The notes beneath the pieces are model-generated. The model ran no database searches. It was not told the DNA's origin and was given only the letters and a program-made list of their open reading frames with translations. A stretch of DNA of 64,000 bases, taken from assembly GCA_002633005.1 (NCBI GenBank), contig NMRA01000612.1, positions 1-64,000 of the forward strand. The letters run 5' to 3'. How positions within the stretch are numbered: the stretch's first letter is position 1; each line of letters begins with the position of its first letter. Below, in pieces: positions 25,201-36,100 of this stretch. The DNA is from Phoronis australis (Eukaryota > Animalia > Phoronida). A program made the translations under genes and the position numbers.

Positions 25201-28200
25201 ATGTGCTTATTTGATTCACGTTGATTCACGTTGATTCACTTTGTTAAGTTTGTTTTTTTCATGTTATATGTTAAAATAGCCATTATTTTCCATATTCACT
25301 CATGTGAATACATGCTGTTAATTTTCTTTAGAGAGCAGCTGGCTGAAACAATTCTACACGAGTCCAGTGCAGGTTTCAAAGTGATAGAAAAGTGAGTATT
25401 CACTTGATGGGAATACGTAGATTATGTTTTGCTTACAAACGACATGGGAATTGTAATTTTTTTGTGAACAGGTGTTATAAGCTGAGAAGAACCAGCTATA
25501 AGAATTAGGAAAGTTATGATGAAAAACTACTTCTATGAACGTCGCAACGTATTCTAGAGCTTTAATTTTCTCACCATCTTGCTTCACCACAAAAACTCAG
25601 AACAAACGGCAAGGACATTACAATTGCCGACAGTTGTGTTACTAAAGAGTGCAAGAATTTTGAGAGCAGGATGTTTGTTTATTATCAAGAACTTTATGAA
25701 GTTGTATGAGTCAACTTTGACTACTTTGGGGAACATTAATGTTCATAATTTGCAAGTGTTTCCAGTTCTATGATTACCCAATTGTTGTAGGTTTTTGAAA
25801 ATCCTTCAACTCATTGTGCTAGAGCCTGGAAATGCTTTCAAGACATTTCTTCCAAATATTATAGCCATTTGTATGGAACAGATTTACCCAATTGTTGCAG
25901 AGGTATGTATGATCAATTGTATTAGGGATATTGTTAATCTTCTTGGATTTTATTCAAAAATATACACCTTTTGTATGAAGTTGTAATCAAACCTCGTTAC
26001 AACATTCATCAAGGGAATTTTGTATATAGTGTTGCTATTCACATTCTTAACAGGATATGTCGTTTGAGTTTTGATTGTATCTTTATTTTTTTTTTTAGCT
26101 TCATCTTAAATGCTTTATATATGCACCAAATGTGCTATTTGGAACTACTGCCATTAATTTCAATAACATGACAAACACGCCTTCTGCAGTTTTGAGCATC
26201 CGATTTCTCTTTAGTTTGTGGGCCGATTTGCATGAAGTTTTATGGTCCATGGCTAAGGTAACGGTGTACCAGGTTTTTTTGTGTTGTATATGGGTGTATA
26301 TTGCCGTCATCTCTGTGCGTCTGGCATCTGCAGCTGTATCTCATAAACCTCTCCCAGGATCTTGATGAGATTTGGCAGATGTGTTCCTATTAAGCGGACT
26401 ACCGGTTTGTCGCCTAGTTTTTTATGTTTACCTCTGTGTCTTGGAGGTCCTCAACGGATTAGCATAAAATTTGTCATCTATTAGTGAGGTGATGCTATCC
26501 TTGTGTTTTTGGATGGAAGCTAGAAGCACGCCATTTGCGGTGCATTTGTGGCAAATTTCAGCGCTCCGCATTGCTCTTGTTTCAAAAAAGGATGTACCGT
26601 CAATTGACCTATCGCCAGGATTTTGAATAACGGCTTAACTGACCAATCAGGACGCAGCATTCTTGACACACCTTTGTTTCCAAGTGGCCATTTTACCCGA
26701 CAAACAACCCGTTGCCAGGTAAAACTTATTGTTTGTTTGTCGACATTGCGCAAGGGGCGGAGCTTGTGATAGCTCAATTAATATCAAAGACTTGAAACAT
26801 CTTTTTGAAAAAGGATTTTGATGACTGATTTCCCTTTGTTTGAGAGTAAAGAAAAAATATGAGACACGTTTCCGTGCGCATGGACAGTAAAAACATATGG
26901 TCCAAGTTACGCGCAGTTTTGATTTTCATGTGCCCGCATGTGTATACGTGGGTGCATACTGCAGTCATCACTGTCTGGGTGTCTTGCATTCAGGGTCTGA
27001 TGTATTTCTTAACCCCCCCCATAGGATTTTCATGAAGTGAAGTTCAGATGACAAGGACTTTTGGACAGATCAGACTACTGTTGTACAACCTAGTGGAAAT
27101 TTTGGTTCATTTTTTGGTGTTTGCCACTCCATCAGCTAAATGGTTTGAATGATCATAATGAATTTAGGATGTGTTCCTATTGATAAGAGTATGGCTGATG
27201 TATGCCGCCCTTACTGGATTTAAGGGATTGTTGGGGAATTTGATGGTTACGTTCATGTTTGCAAAAACATGGCTTACGTCAATTTCTAACTACTTCTGTG
27301 CCCCCTCACGGCAATTTTACCTTTTTTCGTATGCCTCTGTACCTATTAAGGCTCTTGGTGGAATGTCACGAAATTTTCACACGTCTTTCTGGAAAGGAGA
27401 AAGCACCTACCCAATTTTATACAGCTCTGGCATGTTGTGCACTCCCAAGTGGCAATTGTGCATTTTATCTCCATTTTTGTCATTCTTCTTTCTTTCTGGT
27501 TAACAATTTTTCAAATTGTTTGAAGGTGTTTCTATTGATGGAAAGCTGACACGTGTATTTTAATGGACTGTTTTGACAACTGCTGGTGGCAGTTTCATTT
27601 TTTGTGTTTGCCTCAGTTTCTTCCAAGTTTAATGAAGGATCTTCATGAAGTTCCTCACTCAACTAATCCATATATCTTTGCCATTTGTTATCCACATGAT
27701 GGATATATATTAGTCCTCCATGGTGCTCTTGTTTAGAAATTCATGTTCATATCAAAAATTGTGACAATTTTTATAAAAAATGGCAGGCAAATGATTATGA
27801 ATGATTGCATGAAGTTTTAAGACAAGAATTAAGATTTCAATCATTGAGGATTCAGGTTTTCCTTTATGTGGTGAAAATGGGTATTTATGAGGTTATTACA
27901 TTTAAAAGTACTTCACAAAGGCCGACAATTGACTTTAGCTAATTGGATACCTTCATTATCAAGGGTTACACTTCTTTAAGTATCTTCAAATACAACTTGT
28001 CAATCCATGAAGTCATATATTTTTCAAAATTCATGATGGTCACAGAAACCTGCTGTGCTCACGAAATGTATGCCTTACTCTATGCAATTTTTTTTTTAAA
28101 ATGTGATTTTCCAAGTTTGATGCAGACTAAATCACAGCTGCCATATACATTACAAATTTCTCAAGAAACTTGAAAATTGTATCTCAGTATTCTATTAGGT

Positions 28201-31200
28201 ACAATCAGGTGTCTGGAAAATATTAGCAAGGCCTATTTAGACCAAAAACCCAGGCGTTTAAAATCAAGATCTCGGTCATTTCATTGACCTTAGTTACATA
28301 ATGTTGTATGTGAATAGTGTTAATAGTAAGTGACACAAGATAAACTTTCAACACAGGAACTGTAAATGTATTGAGCTACTTTTGTATGAACTGTTGTTGT
28401 ATTTTTGATGGTTATGTCTGACACACTCAATTCATTTGAAGCGCTCATCACCAGACATCAAGCTACCCCTATACGAACTGTTACATCAACTATTAACTCA
28501 CAACTGGAGATACTTCTTTAAAAGTTCAATCTTCACTCGATCCAGTCCAGATGAGATCGCACATGAACAACAGTTTGTCGCTATTATGCAGGTATGCAGT
28601 GTGATTACCTGTGAGATCACACAACCATTTGAAAGTTTATACAGATTACATAGACGACTTACGACAGCACTGCTTGAGCTGCTGTGTTGGCTTAACATGT
28701 CATCTTAATGTATTCTATTTTGCATTCTGTTTCTAAAAATGCATTGAAAATGAACTTATGTTTCAAATGAGCTTTTTACAGTTTTTGTATGTGTATTGAA
28801 ATTTTTAGCTAATGCAAGTGGACAATTAAGTTACTCATAAAATGTTTTGCACAAACGTTTATGTAAATCTGGTGTAGCAGTTACAATCTTTCATCTGATC
28901 ATGTGACTTATCTTGTGAACTAAGCACTTTTTGTATAAGTCCTACATTTGTTTTTCAGTCCTTTGGCCAGTCTTTCCTGCAGTCTGATATTGCTATATTT
29001 AAGCATAATCTAGAAGCTCTAGAAAGCCTGAATGAAAAGTGGAAACTTTACCAGAAGGTGAGTTTTTAATACTGGTTAATTATGGTGAATGCCTGTGTGT
29101 TGTTACTTAAGCCAACTTCCTGAATGTTTTAAAGCATAAATCAATTATATGTGTAATTAACATGTACCCATGAAGACCCCACCCTTACTACAGTTGTAGC
29201 AGAGTATTTGATGCTGCACTGTACATGCCAGAACAAATTATGAAAATTCCTTTTGCATTAAAACGTGTAGCTCATGAGAAAGTGTCTTGCGAAACTCTTT
29301 GCGCATGAAATAATAGAGAGGCAATTTAGTTTTTATGCGTTTTGAGGTTGCAAGTTCAATAAATCTTGCATCAGTCTGATCTAACTGGACCAAGAGATCT
29401 CATCGGAGTTGAGTGATATCCGACTTATCTGATGGGCCGTTTGGTCTACTGGAATAAATCCTCCACAAAACATGCCGGGTTAAAATGATGTCTCTTGAAC
29501 ATTTTCTCACGTGCATGTTGGGAAGTGTTTGATATATATGCTCACATAGATGTTCTATTTCTGTGCAACATTTATGCATGGAATCAAATATTTTAATGAT
29601 GTGCAGGTGATTCAGTTCACAAGTTCTTCCCATCTGGAGGAATGTCTGGGGGTGTCTTAAATGTGGGTCAGGACTGCGTGTCAACTGTTGTGGTATGCTG
29701 TCTTTGGCTAAGTTTTGTCTAAATTTGAGGCTTATTGGAAGAGATTAGTAATAGAACGGACTCCGACTTCATTGAAATGAGGCAGATTATGTTAAATGAT
29801 TCGTGCATTTTCTACAAGCTGTGCAAAATCCAGCTTAAGAACTCCATCTTGTATGTAGGGCGTTATTAAAGACTCTATGTAAGAACAACTGTTCAGTGGA
29901 ACTTTGTGCGAGTTGAGCACAATTGTAACTTATTTGTGTCCAACTTGTGCGAGTTTTAATTGTATTTAATTTGATAGGGTTGATCTGGTGACTTCATGAT
30001 CAAGCGTGTACTATTTAATTCATTTGCTATTTCACTCATGTTGTAATGTGCCTCTAGACATTTCTTTGGTGGGAAACTGAAATTATAACTACAGTCCAAC
30101 TACATTACAAGGAACCCTCCTGAGACTTTTGTGAAGGATTGTATTATACCAATTCAAAGTGTATACTGTGCAGTTGGCTTGGGACTTGTGGAATGTTACA
30201 ACATAAGCAGCCAGACACTATAATCCAGGTTTGTTGTTACAAGGTTGGACAGTTGTGAACTTTTCTGTTGTCAGGAAATATTCAAAAACATGATGCTCAA
30301 CCAGTTCCTCAGTGTCCTAGTACAAGTGCTCATCCACAAGTCACATGACCTGCTGCAGGAGGAAATTGGCATCACTGTATATAACATGGCATCTGTGGAT
30401 TTTGATTTGTTCTACCAGAACTTTCTGTCCCACTTTCTGATGAACTGTGAAGGCTTGGATTCAAATCAGAAAACTTTGTTGGCACGAAACATCAAAACAG
30501 ATAATGTGAGTAATTTGTTTAATTTGGTGTGGAAATGACAGAAACATGGCACAAAAATGGTGAAGCTCGACTTAATGTTTGTGGCTACAATAATTTAGGC
30601 AAATGTAGTACTATGTACTCCAAAAAATAAATATTAGTTGTGTCAAGAGTCTTTATAAAACAAAAAATCAAGCAATTTGTCACAACTTTGTCGCCACTCT
30701 TACTCAGAAATTTAGCCATGTTCCAGGTTTAAGTCATTAAAATATATATCTGAACACATACGAATACACCATTGTCTGCAGTGATGCATCCTAATCAACC
30801 ACAGGCCAAAGTTAACGTAAATCACGCACAGCATTTACATCCAAGCGATCTACCTATTTCTAGTTCATTTACCGACTAATAATCAATTTTAGTTATTTTA
30901 CTGTCTGCCATCCAGCGGACATTAGGCAACAGTAGCTATGTTCAGTGGGTGGTGACAGATTGCACAGGTTACGATCCATGGAAACCTTTACATCAACCGG
31001 TACATCAAACAACCCTCAAGAGTCAAGATTAATACTTGTTTGAAATGGGGGACTTGCAACAAAATTAGTATTGTTTTGTGTATTCTGGCTAAACTAGGGT
31101 AGAAAGATTTATGTTAAAAACGCTAAGTAATTTTCTTGTACTGATATTACGCGTCAGTTGTCTAAAATTTGCTAAAATTGCCATCACCAATCAAAATTAT

Positions 31201-31774
31201 CCCAAAATGAACGAGGTCAATTTTACAGAAGCTGCTAGTTTTTCAAGCTAAAAACGTTTCAGTTTATTAATCATTCCACCTAGTAAGCTGTGTCACAAAA
31301 TCTCTGAAATGACATATTCCCACTTTTCCCATGTTCTCATGCAGTCTCTCTTGAGCTGTTTGAGTGTTGACTTCATCCTCCTTGTTCGTTTTTGTCATTC
31401 TTGTTCAAGTTAAGTTTTGATGTAAATTACACAGAAGGCTGTGTGAATTGTGTTTCTATGCAAGTTATACTGATGTTACTATCCATATCATCAAAACTGA
31501 CAGCATTAAGAGGATTGTTGGAGAGCAGTGGGTTGTTATTAGTCAGGGCAAGTTTTTTTGTTTCTTATAAATGTCCCTCGTGACAGAGGCGATTGAGCAA
31601 TGTTGAAACAAATGTGGAAATATTTCCTTTGTGGAAATGACAGGTTAACTGCTTTCACTTGTACATTTGCAGGACTTACCGTCTTTCACGCAAAGTATCC
31701 ATCGATTTGTCAATGACATCCGATACTATAGACTGTGTAACAGTAGTCTTCCATCTGGATCTGTCAAGTTATAA
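4258..31774 (+). CDS. XPO6: Exportin-6 (importin-beta family actin/profilin nuclear export receptor), multi-exon gene
   Basis: Exons 4258-4260, 11158-11248, [missing exon in gap], 13225-13422, 14431-14590, 15334-15468, 16389-16818, 17065-17191, 17499-17717, 18098-18190, 18684-18913, 19521-19613, 21996-22146, 22886-23032, 23594-23783, 24163-24318, 24767-24881, 25332-25391, 25791-25902, 28442-28591, 28959-29057, 30275-30505, 31673-31774. Phases are consistent. Motifs SLRALE, FIRNKLVK..VDIGR.DWP, SEELACPREDLSVARKEEL, TPPPSP, HKSHDLLQEEIGI and DLPSFTQ...YYRLCNSSLP match vertebrate XPO6 as recalled. Confidence 0.96.
4801..5752. mobile_element. Non-autonomous foldback DNA transposon, MULE/Mutator-like
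   Basis: About 270-bp TIRs (taggcaatgaccatt... 4801-5070 / ...atggtcattgccta 5483-5752); 9-bp TSD cattcagat at 4792-4800 and 5753-5761. Confidence 0.88.
6324..6695. mobile_element. Older, internally deleted copy of the same foldback family
   Basis: Diverged match to both TIR arms of 4801-5752 around a central palindrome ttttacactgcgcgcgcagtgttaaaa. Confidence 0.75.
7699..8611. mobile_element. Foldback DNA transposon (Kolobok-like, TTAA end) with THAP-like start in both arms
   Basis: About 310-bp diverged inverted arms (7699-8010 / 8300-8611); right end ttgcctttcccttTAA; arms encode (M)xHCCCxPxCTHY. Confidence 0.72.
9335..9625. repeat. 16-bp minisatellite (gtgactcgacatgccc)n, interrupted by a short N gap
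   Basis: Period 16, e.g. gtgac at 9492, 9508, 9524. Confidence 0.92.
10500..10990. repeat. Probable interspersed repeat with repeated cgccatctt motifs
   Basis: Three cgccatctt motifs, aaaatggccgcc, and a poly-A-like end; composition differs from the surrounding intron. Confidence 0.45.
11158..11248 (+). CDS. XPO6: XPO6 exon 2
   Basis: tttacag|AQEDSSLRALEALLSEFFFVKTSNERKREI|gtattg. Confidence 0.93.
11518..12056. repeat. 33-bp minisatellite (actgatactggctagagaacagtcaattcacta)n, about 16 near-perfect copies running into the gap
   Basis: Direct reading; period 33. Confidence 0.97.
12057..12400. other. Assembly gap (N run) that probably hides XPO6 exon 3
   Basis: N bases; phase 1 to phase 0 mismatch between the flanking exons. 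Confidence 0.85.
12401..12553. repeat. 40-bp minisatellite (ctcctcatacctgtgtaatgtctactgccacatcactgag)n
   Basis: About 3.8 copies visible after the gap. Confidence 0.95.
12729..12839. repeat. 34-bp tandem repeat (gatgtccaagttaggatgccttgatcagcatttg) x about 3
   Basis: gatgcctt at 12743, 12777, 12811. Confidence 0.9.
13225..13422 (+). CDS. XPO6: XPO6 exon 4
   Basis: ttccag|NLINRQWLG...PDFLSSILQ|gtgag. Confidence 0.95.
14431..14590 (+). CDS. XPO6: XPO6 exon 5
   Basis: ttcag|LVQQPDT...SEELACPREDLSVARKEEL...LLT|gtaac. Confidence 0.95.
14944..15379 (+). repeat. 108-bp tandem repeat x4 containing the XPO6 exon-6 acceptor and exon start
   Basis: Acceptor positions 15009, 15117 (AG>AC), 15225, 15333. 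Confidence 0.95.
15334..15468 (+). CDS. XPO6: XPO6 exon 6
   Basis: gacag|GTLDSILEKHLHLVTATPPPSPTHGES...PLHS|gtatag; an alternative in-frame donor is possible after 15486. Confidence 0.85.
15461..15841 (+). repeat. 35-bp tandem repeat x about 11 containing the XPO6 exon-6 donor
   Basis: tcattcag(g/c)tatagaatgtgtgttag(gt/cc/ct)aatgaca; period 35. Confidence 0.95.
16389..16818 (+). CDS. XPO6: XPO6 exon 7
   Basis: tacag|GSILSNMF...CLSHLFSWIPLS...NELLSKNCVP...IDD|gtatgt. Confidence 0.95.
17065..17191 (+). CDS. XPO6: XPO6 exon 8
   Basis: YVEKFTEFLRLFVSIHLRRFE...FKYTFKQ|gtaatt. Confidence 0.95.
17499..17717 (+). CDS. XPO6: XPO6 exon 9
   Basis: PCLEGYFACLEIWTVFLDYL...QFRYNQSQLDELDDETVDDD|gtaggt. 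Confidence 0.95.
18098..18190 (+). CDS. XPO6: XPO6 exon 10
   Basis: SETEWQHFLRMSVEVLAHISEMIPGEVFNLL|gtgagt. Confidence 0.93.
18684..18913 (+). CDS. XPO6: XPO6 exon 11
   Basis: YVSFEDHVSVYLGL...RLHCSLHDLSSLLQALGR...VVT|gtagt. Confidence 0.95.
19521..19613 (+). CDS. XPO6: XPO6 exon 12
   Basis: LVKLTEYGTRLKLYDLKTAAQNVLPAGFIE|gtaagt. Confidence 0.92.
19651..21275 (+). mobile_element. Interspersed element with internal ~440-450-bp higher-order tandem repeats (Helentron/HINE-like architecture)
   Basis: Ends shared with the copy at 26290-26583 (tgggtg.atattgcc.tcatctctgt... ; ...cgctccgcattgc..ttgttt); about 3.5 internal units, each of 3 subunits; family assignment is inferred. Confidence 0.7.
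21996..22146 (+). CDS. XPO6: XPO6 exon 13
   Basis: HAQSLAAIKAYAHWLAQF...PLFSKD|gtacgt. Confidence 0.94.
22886..23032 (+). CDS. XPO6: XPO6 exon 14
   Basis: VPEKVLLSAAHLLLSVLLTVRPSYL...MPVE|gtttgt. Confidence 0.92.
23594..23783 (+). CDS. XPO6: XPO6 exon 15
   Basis: VQLLIYRSLSHYLLLPWPNLSEENQDW...QQEQ|gtgtgt. Confidence 0.93.
24163..24318 (+). CDS. XPO6: XPO6 exon 16
   Basis: AKPCVKKTLHFLTNLVESLSGE..KTKQIC...LFPIYIHQP|gtaaat. Confidence 0.93.
24767..24881 (+). CDS. XPO6: XPO6 exon 17
   Basis: DVEDIILGFFLAMFQGLRVQMGVSFTEQIIQTFLSMFT|gttagt. Confidence 0.95.
25332..25391 (+). CDS. XPO6: XPO6 exon 18
   Basis: EQLAETILHESSAGFKVIE|gtgagt. Confidence 0.93.
25791..25902 (+). CDS. XPO6: XPO6 exon 19
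   Basis: FLKILQLIVLEPGNAFKTFLPNIIAICMEQIYPIVAE|gtatgt. Confidence 0.95.
26290..26583 (+). mobile_element. Short copy of the 19651-21275 element lacking the internal array
   Basis: Shares aggatcttgatgagatttggcagatgtgttc, ggaggtcctcaacggatt, catctattagtgag and the terminal agaagcac...gcggtgc...cgctccgcattgc. Confidence 0.8.
26945..27735 (+). mobile_element. Diverged member of the same repeat family
   Basis: gggtgcatactgc.gtcatc.ctgtc start, cctagtgg motifs, gctcttgttt end. Confidence 0.55.
28442..28591 (+). CDS. XPO6: XPO6 exon 20
   Basis: tttgaag|RSSPDIKLPLYELL...HNWRYFFKS...AIMQ|gtatgc. Confidence 0.93.
28959..29057 (+). CDS. XPO6: XPO6 exon 21
   Basis: SFGQSFLQSDIAIFKHNLEALESLNEKWKLYQK|gtgagt. 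Confidence 0.95.
30275..30505 (+). CDS. XPO6: XPO6 exon 22
   Basis: EIFKNMML...HKSHDLLQEEIGITVYNMASVDFD...KTDN|gtgagt. Confidence 0.96.
31673..31774 (+). CDS. XPO6: XPO6 terminal coding exon
   Basis: DLPSFTQSIHRFVNDIRYYRLCNSSLPSGSVKL*. Confidence 0.96.
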   Translation, partial: DLPSFTQSIHRFVNDIRYYRLCNSSLPSGSVKL

Positions 31775-32028
31775 TGGAACAAACATGTGGAATCTGTTTG
31801 AGGTTTGTGATTACAAAGGACAACTGGCCAGAACAATTTTCCTTATGTGCTGTATTCTGGATTGACACAAACTGAGAAATTGTCATCACTAGAAGTAACT
31901 TGTAAGCTTGAATGTGCTCATTTTTGTTAACTGTTAAATTGTGTCAAGACCTTGTTTTGTTATTGCCGTGTATGTTTGGCAACTTTACTTGAGAGCAGTT
32001 GTGCAAATGTCTATTTTTGCATAAGTAT

Positions 32029-32059
32029 AATAAATAGTCATTTAATGCAACTTAATAAA
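32029..32059 (+). promoter_or_regulatory. Candidate proximal XPO6 polyadenylation signals (AATAAA x2)
   Basis: AATAAA at 32029-32034 and 32054-32059, followed by a T-rich tract. Confidence 0.5.
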
Positions 32060-32871
32060 TTATACACGTTAACACTAATAAGGCTTGTTATTAAGAATCT
32101 TTTTCTTCGTTCTCTACTTGCATCATGCAGACAATAATTCCCTCAATGTTACTATAACTGTGGTAAGGAACACAACGTTGATACATGTAGAACAATAATC
32201 CACTTATGTACACTGGCTACAAAACATTATTCAGTATTCAAGAAATGCATATTGTAGGGCTTTTCCCACAGACTCAATTGTTTGTGAGTGAAATTTTACA
32301 AAGGATACCTCAGATGATAGCCAATACACTTCTTTTGTATGTGCTCCAATGATTGGTACTTTGTCTTCAATGCTTGATTATGTTTATGTGTTGAACTCAA
32401 GAGCTGAAAGATAAATTTCAAATTGTCCCTGTTCACAGTAACATGTTGCTTCCATTTCTATTGCAACTAAGAAAGTTTTGCGTTAATTGACAATATCAAC
32501 TGATCAAGATCAGATTGACATCTACTGAGTGAAGGTAGAGGTGCTTCTATTGTGAAGTGGCTGTGAAGCACATTTCATGAATAAGTGTTGTATAGTGTTA
32601 CAATGGGAGACTTTGGTGATGGTAATGAATACAGACTTCTTTTTTTAATAATTGAATAAATTGAGAACAGAAAGCACTCATTCAGCATGGGGCATCCGTG
32701 GACCCACATGATCAGCTGAATTCACACATTTCAACGGCTAGGACCATTGTCACACTGGTGTTACCTTATAAATTTGAAGTCGCTCATTTTTAAGAATTTC
32801 ACGAAATGTCTTCAGTCCCAGTGGAATAGTCATCGTTGCTTCATAAAAACACAAATGGATTTTCATTCCTC

Positions 32872-33183
32872 TTAAGGATATGTTTGGAGGTGATGTTGAA
32901 TTTGTTTGTAGCATCTGATGAGTTTTTGTAGATAGCCAGTGCTTAGGTTGTACAAGGAAACCATATCCCTGCTACATTCAACCTCAAACTCCATCATAAG
33001 TCCAGTACTTGTGACAGTATCGAATTTATAAGAATTAATCAAATGCATCTTCAACCTTTTCATTACCTTCTGAACTGTTGCAGTTTTCAAAGAAGCATTT
33101 TGTGTGCTGTTGTCCTCCAAGAGGTATTGAACTAAGCTATCCAAGTCCTCTTCAGTGAGTACAGAGGCACCGTAGGATACAAT
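32872..33183 (-). CDS. MEI1: MEI1 terminal coding exon
   Basis: cacag|IVSYGASVLTEEDLDSLVQYL...HHLQTYP*. Confidence 0.87.
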   Translation of the reverse strand: MVSYGASVLTEEDLDSLVQYLLEDNSTQNASLKTATVQKVMKRLKMHLINSYKFDTVTSTGLMMEFEVECSRDMVSLYNLSTGYLQKLIRCYKQIQHHLQTYP

Positions 33184-36100
33184 CTGTGATGAAAAGTTGT
33201 ATCATTATACATGCATTCTTAGCCCTGTAGAATGACCGTCATGAAGTTGTAAAGAATGATTTTTTTGTTATGGAACTGCGAGGTGGTGGCATTTTATACA
33301 GTCATTTAAGGACTGCCACAAAAGACATGGCGTAGGCATGTGCTTAAATTGTTACCATGACAACCATTTGCCAAAGCCACCTTGGCCACTCCTCGTGACA
33401 CTGAATGGATGTAGCTACCAAAAATCTGTTCCAAGGTTGAGTCAAGATCAGAAGAGCCATTTGAGGATTCTCCTTCCTGAGGGATTGGTGCAAGGCAAGA
33501 AAACAATTGACTGATGCTTGCTGCATGAGTGGGTCCACCTGGAAGAAGTTATGGTAATTAATTGAGCATTTACTTGAGAAGACAGAAGATATCAACAACA
33601 CCAACTTTAGAATTAACTTACTGATTTTAAAATTGGTCAGCCCTATTCGTTTCACTGCAAACTCGCTGGTTGTCATTGCAAAAATTGTTAAATATTTTAA
33701 CTGCACATGACAGCAATGTGAACGTATTGCTTTACACAAAGAAATGCACTTTTGAGTGAGGACGCATAGTAATTTGAATTGTGTGAATTTTGAACATTCA
33801 CATTACTGTAAAAAAACCTAGGTTGTAAATTGTGAATGATCTCCAAAAATGTGCACTGTGCAGAAATTTCATTTTATAAAGTTGGCATGTAGACGATCCT
33901 CACCTGCATGATTCGCTGTTGAATATAGATCAACAAGAGTTGTACCTTTTCTGATGTTAAAGGGAATCTTAGCTGTGTAGACGAGACTGCACATTCCTTG
34001 GCAATCAACCTAACTAAAGTCTGACCACACTCGAAGATTGCAGTCCAGAGATTTATTGCTACCAGCTCCAATATGCAATGGTTGGACTTGAAATGTTTGA
34101 GCAAACTTTCAGTTTTTATCTCTATGCAATAATCCACCTGAAATGGAAAGGGAGTTGTGCATTTTCAAATAAAATGATAATTTTTCTCGACAAACAACCC
34201 CGCTGTTACCTTGGCATTAAATATCAATTTTTGACAAATGCAGTAAAACTTGCACAAGTAGGTGCACACAAGATGGATTTTTACTCGCCTCGGACAAAGT
34301 TGTGTGGTACGATTCTTGCATATATTCCTGAATAAAGTTGGGGCTTCTTTGATAGGACTTTTGCTCAACTTATTTCATTTAACAGAATTTCCCCCATATT
34401 ACCTCTCTCAAATCCTCAAATACGACAAGATCACACTCGAGGCAGCAAACCAGAACAGGGTATGTGTAGTTTTGACCTATATTTAAAATGCCCTGGACGA
34501 TAACCATCATGGATGACTTTTGACCTTTATGAAATGCAAGGGAGTTTATTCCAGTAGCAAACAGGTTTGTATTGGTTTTTACTTTTTCAAGTTTGTGAAA
34601 GACCCTGTTTTCCCATTAGTTGGTCAAGATACATTCATTACTCTACAGTAATTGCTGACAAACCATATCCTACTTTTGTATTGCTGATGGCCATTATGCT
34701 CACCTAGAAGCCTTTCAAGCATGTTGCCAGCTCTTGTAAATTTGTTACAAGAAACAATGACAAATACAGTAAACAAGTGTTAATTTATTAAGAATACTGT
34801 AAATTACTCTGCGATCAGGATATATACCTTGAACTCTACAGCATGCACAGACTGGTCAAACGTGCCATGAACTCGGCACATTAGATGGGTCTTATTTTGC
34901 CTTCGCTGCCCAATTGGATGTGACTCTTGAGCAAGTTACAATGTATGAAAATTTGTATGTAACTGAAATGCTTATTGACATGGTAATGAGTCTCCAAATC
35001 AAATTCCGCTTCATTACGCTGCGAGTTAAGGGCAAGAAATGCGTTATTCCAAATAACTTACAAATAACTTATGAAATACATTTGTTCATTGTTAAAGCAA
35101 CACATCAAGTTCGTTTTCATTTGCTCCAATGCATTCATCATCAAATGATGAATTAGATGAAAAATGACAAAACAAGAAAAGCCAAGTCTCTTTGTGGAGG
35201 TAGAAAAATGCATTATGGGAACGATCCAGTTTTCGATAGGTTAGACTATAATTAACACTTTTTTAACTCAATGCTGAAACAGATTTTAGTGCCACTAGAA
35301 TAATAAATTAAGAGTAAATGTTTATATAAAAGAATGATGAGCTCAGCATTGTGGGTAAACCCAAAATATGCTGTGTGCATTTTGGGATGTGACTGTTGAC
35401 CTATTGTAGTGTGTGCTGATTGATGACCTCTTTGGTTACAATATAATAAAATCGAGAATTTAGAATACCTGGGATAACTCAGAAATTCGTGGTAGAACAT
35501 GATACTTGCTTTATTAACTCTAAAGCATCTTCAAGTTAGTACAGGCCAAACATGAAGTGTTCATTAAAAAGTGGCAGTTAAACCACCGTGAGCAGGAGAT
35601 GCAAATATTAGGTTTGCACATAACTAATTTAGGTCTCTGTTTTTTAAAATCGAATCAGTGGTGCAGTACTTTTTAGTTGCTCACTTTTTCAAAAAAGAAT
35701 ATCCTCCCGAGACAAGCAAAAGCTATGTGGGATTTGTATTTTACTCATACATAGCTTGGCAAGGTTTCAAACCTTGCTTACCGGGGTACCCTTATTTACG
35801 TGCCTCTGTGCAGCTTTTAAAAATAAACATGAAACCTTGACTGAAATTGATATGGGCTGTTTTTTAGCCTGTGAACGCATGTCTCAAAATGAACCAGGGT
35901 AAAAACCAGAACCAACTGCTTTTTGGCAATACCAGAGCTGCAGGTTGAAAAAGGTGTGGATGTTTACTAAATGAATTTTGAGCCTGGTGCATTACGCTTC
36001 AACCTGTTCAATTGAGCCCCTGGTAGAATACTAGATGACACCTGGCTCCCATTGAATCACTAAAATGTGGTAACTTAACATTTTTTACAGTCTTGAGTCT

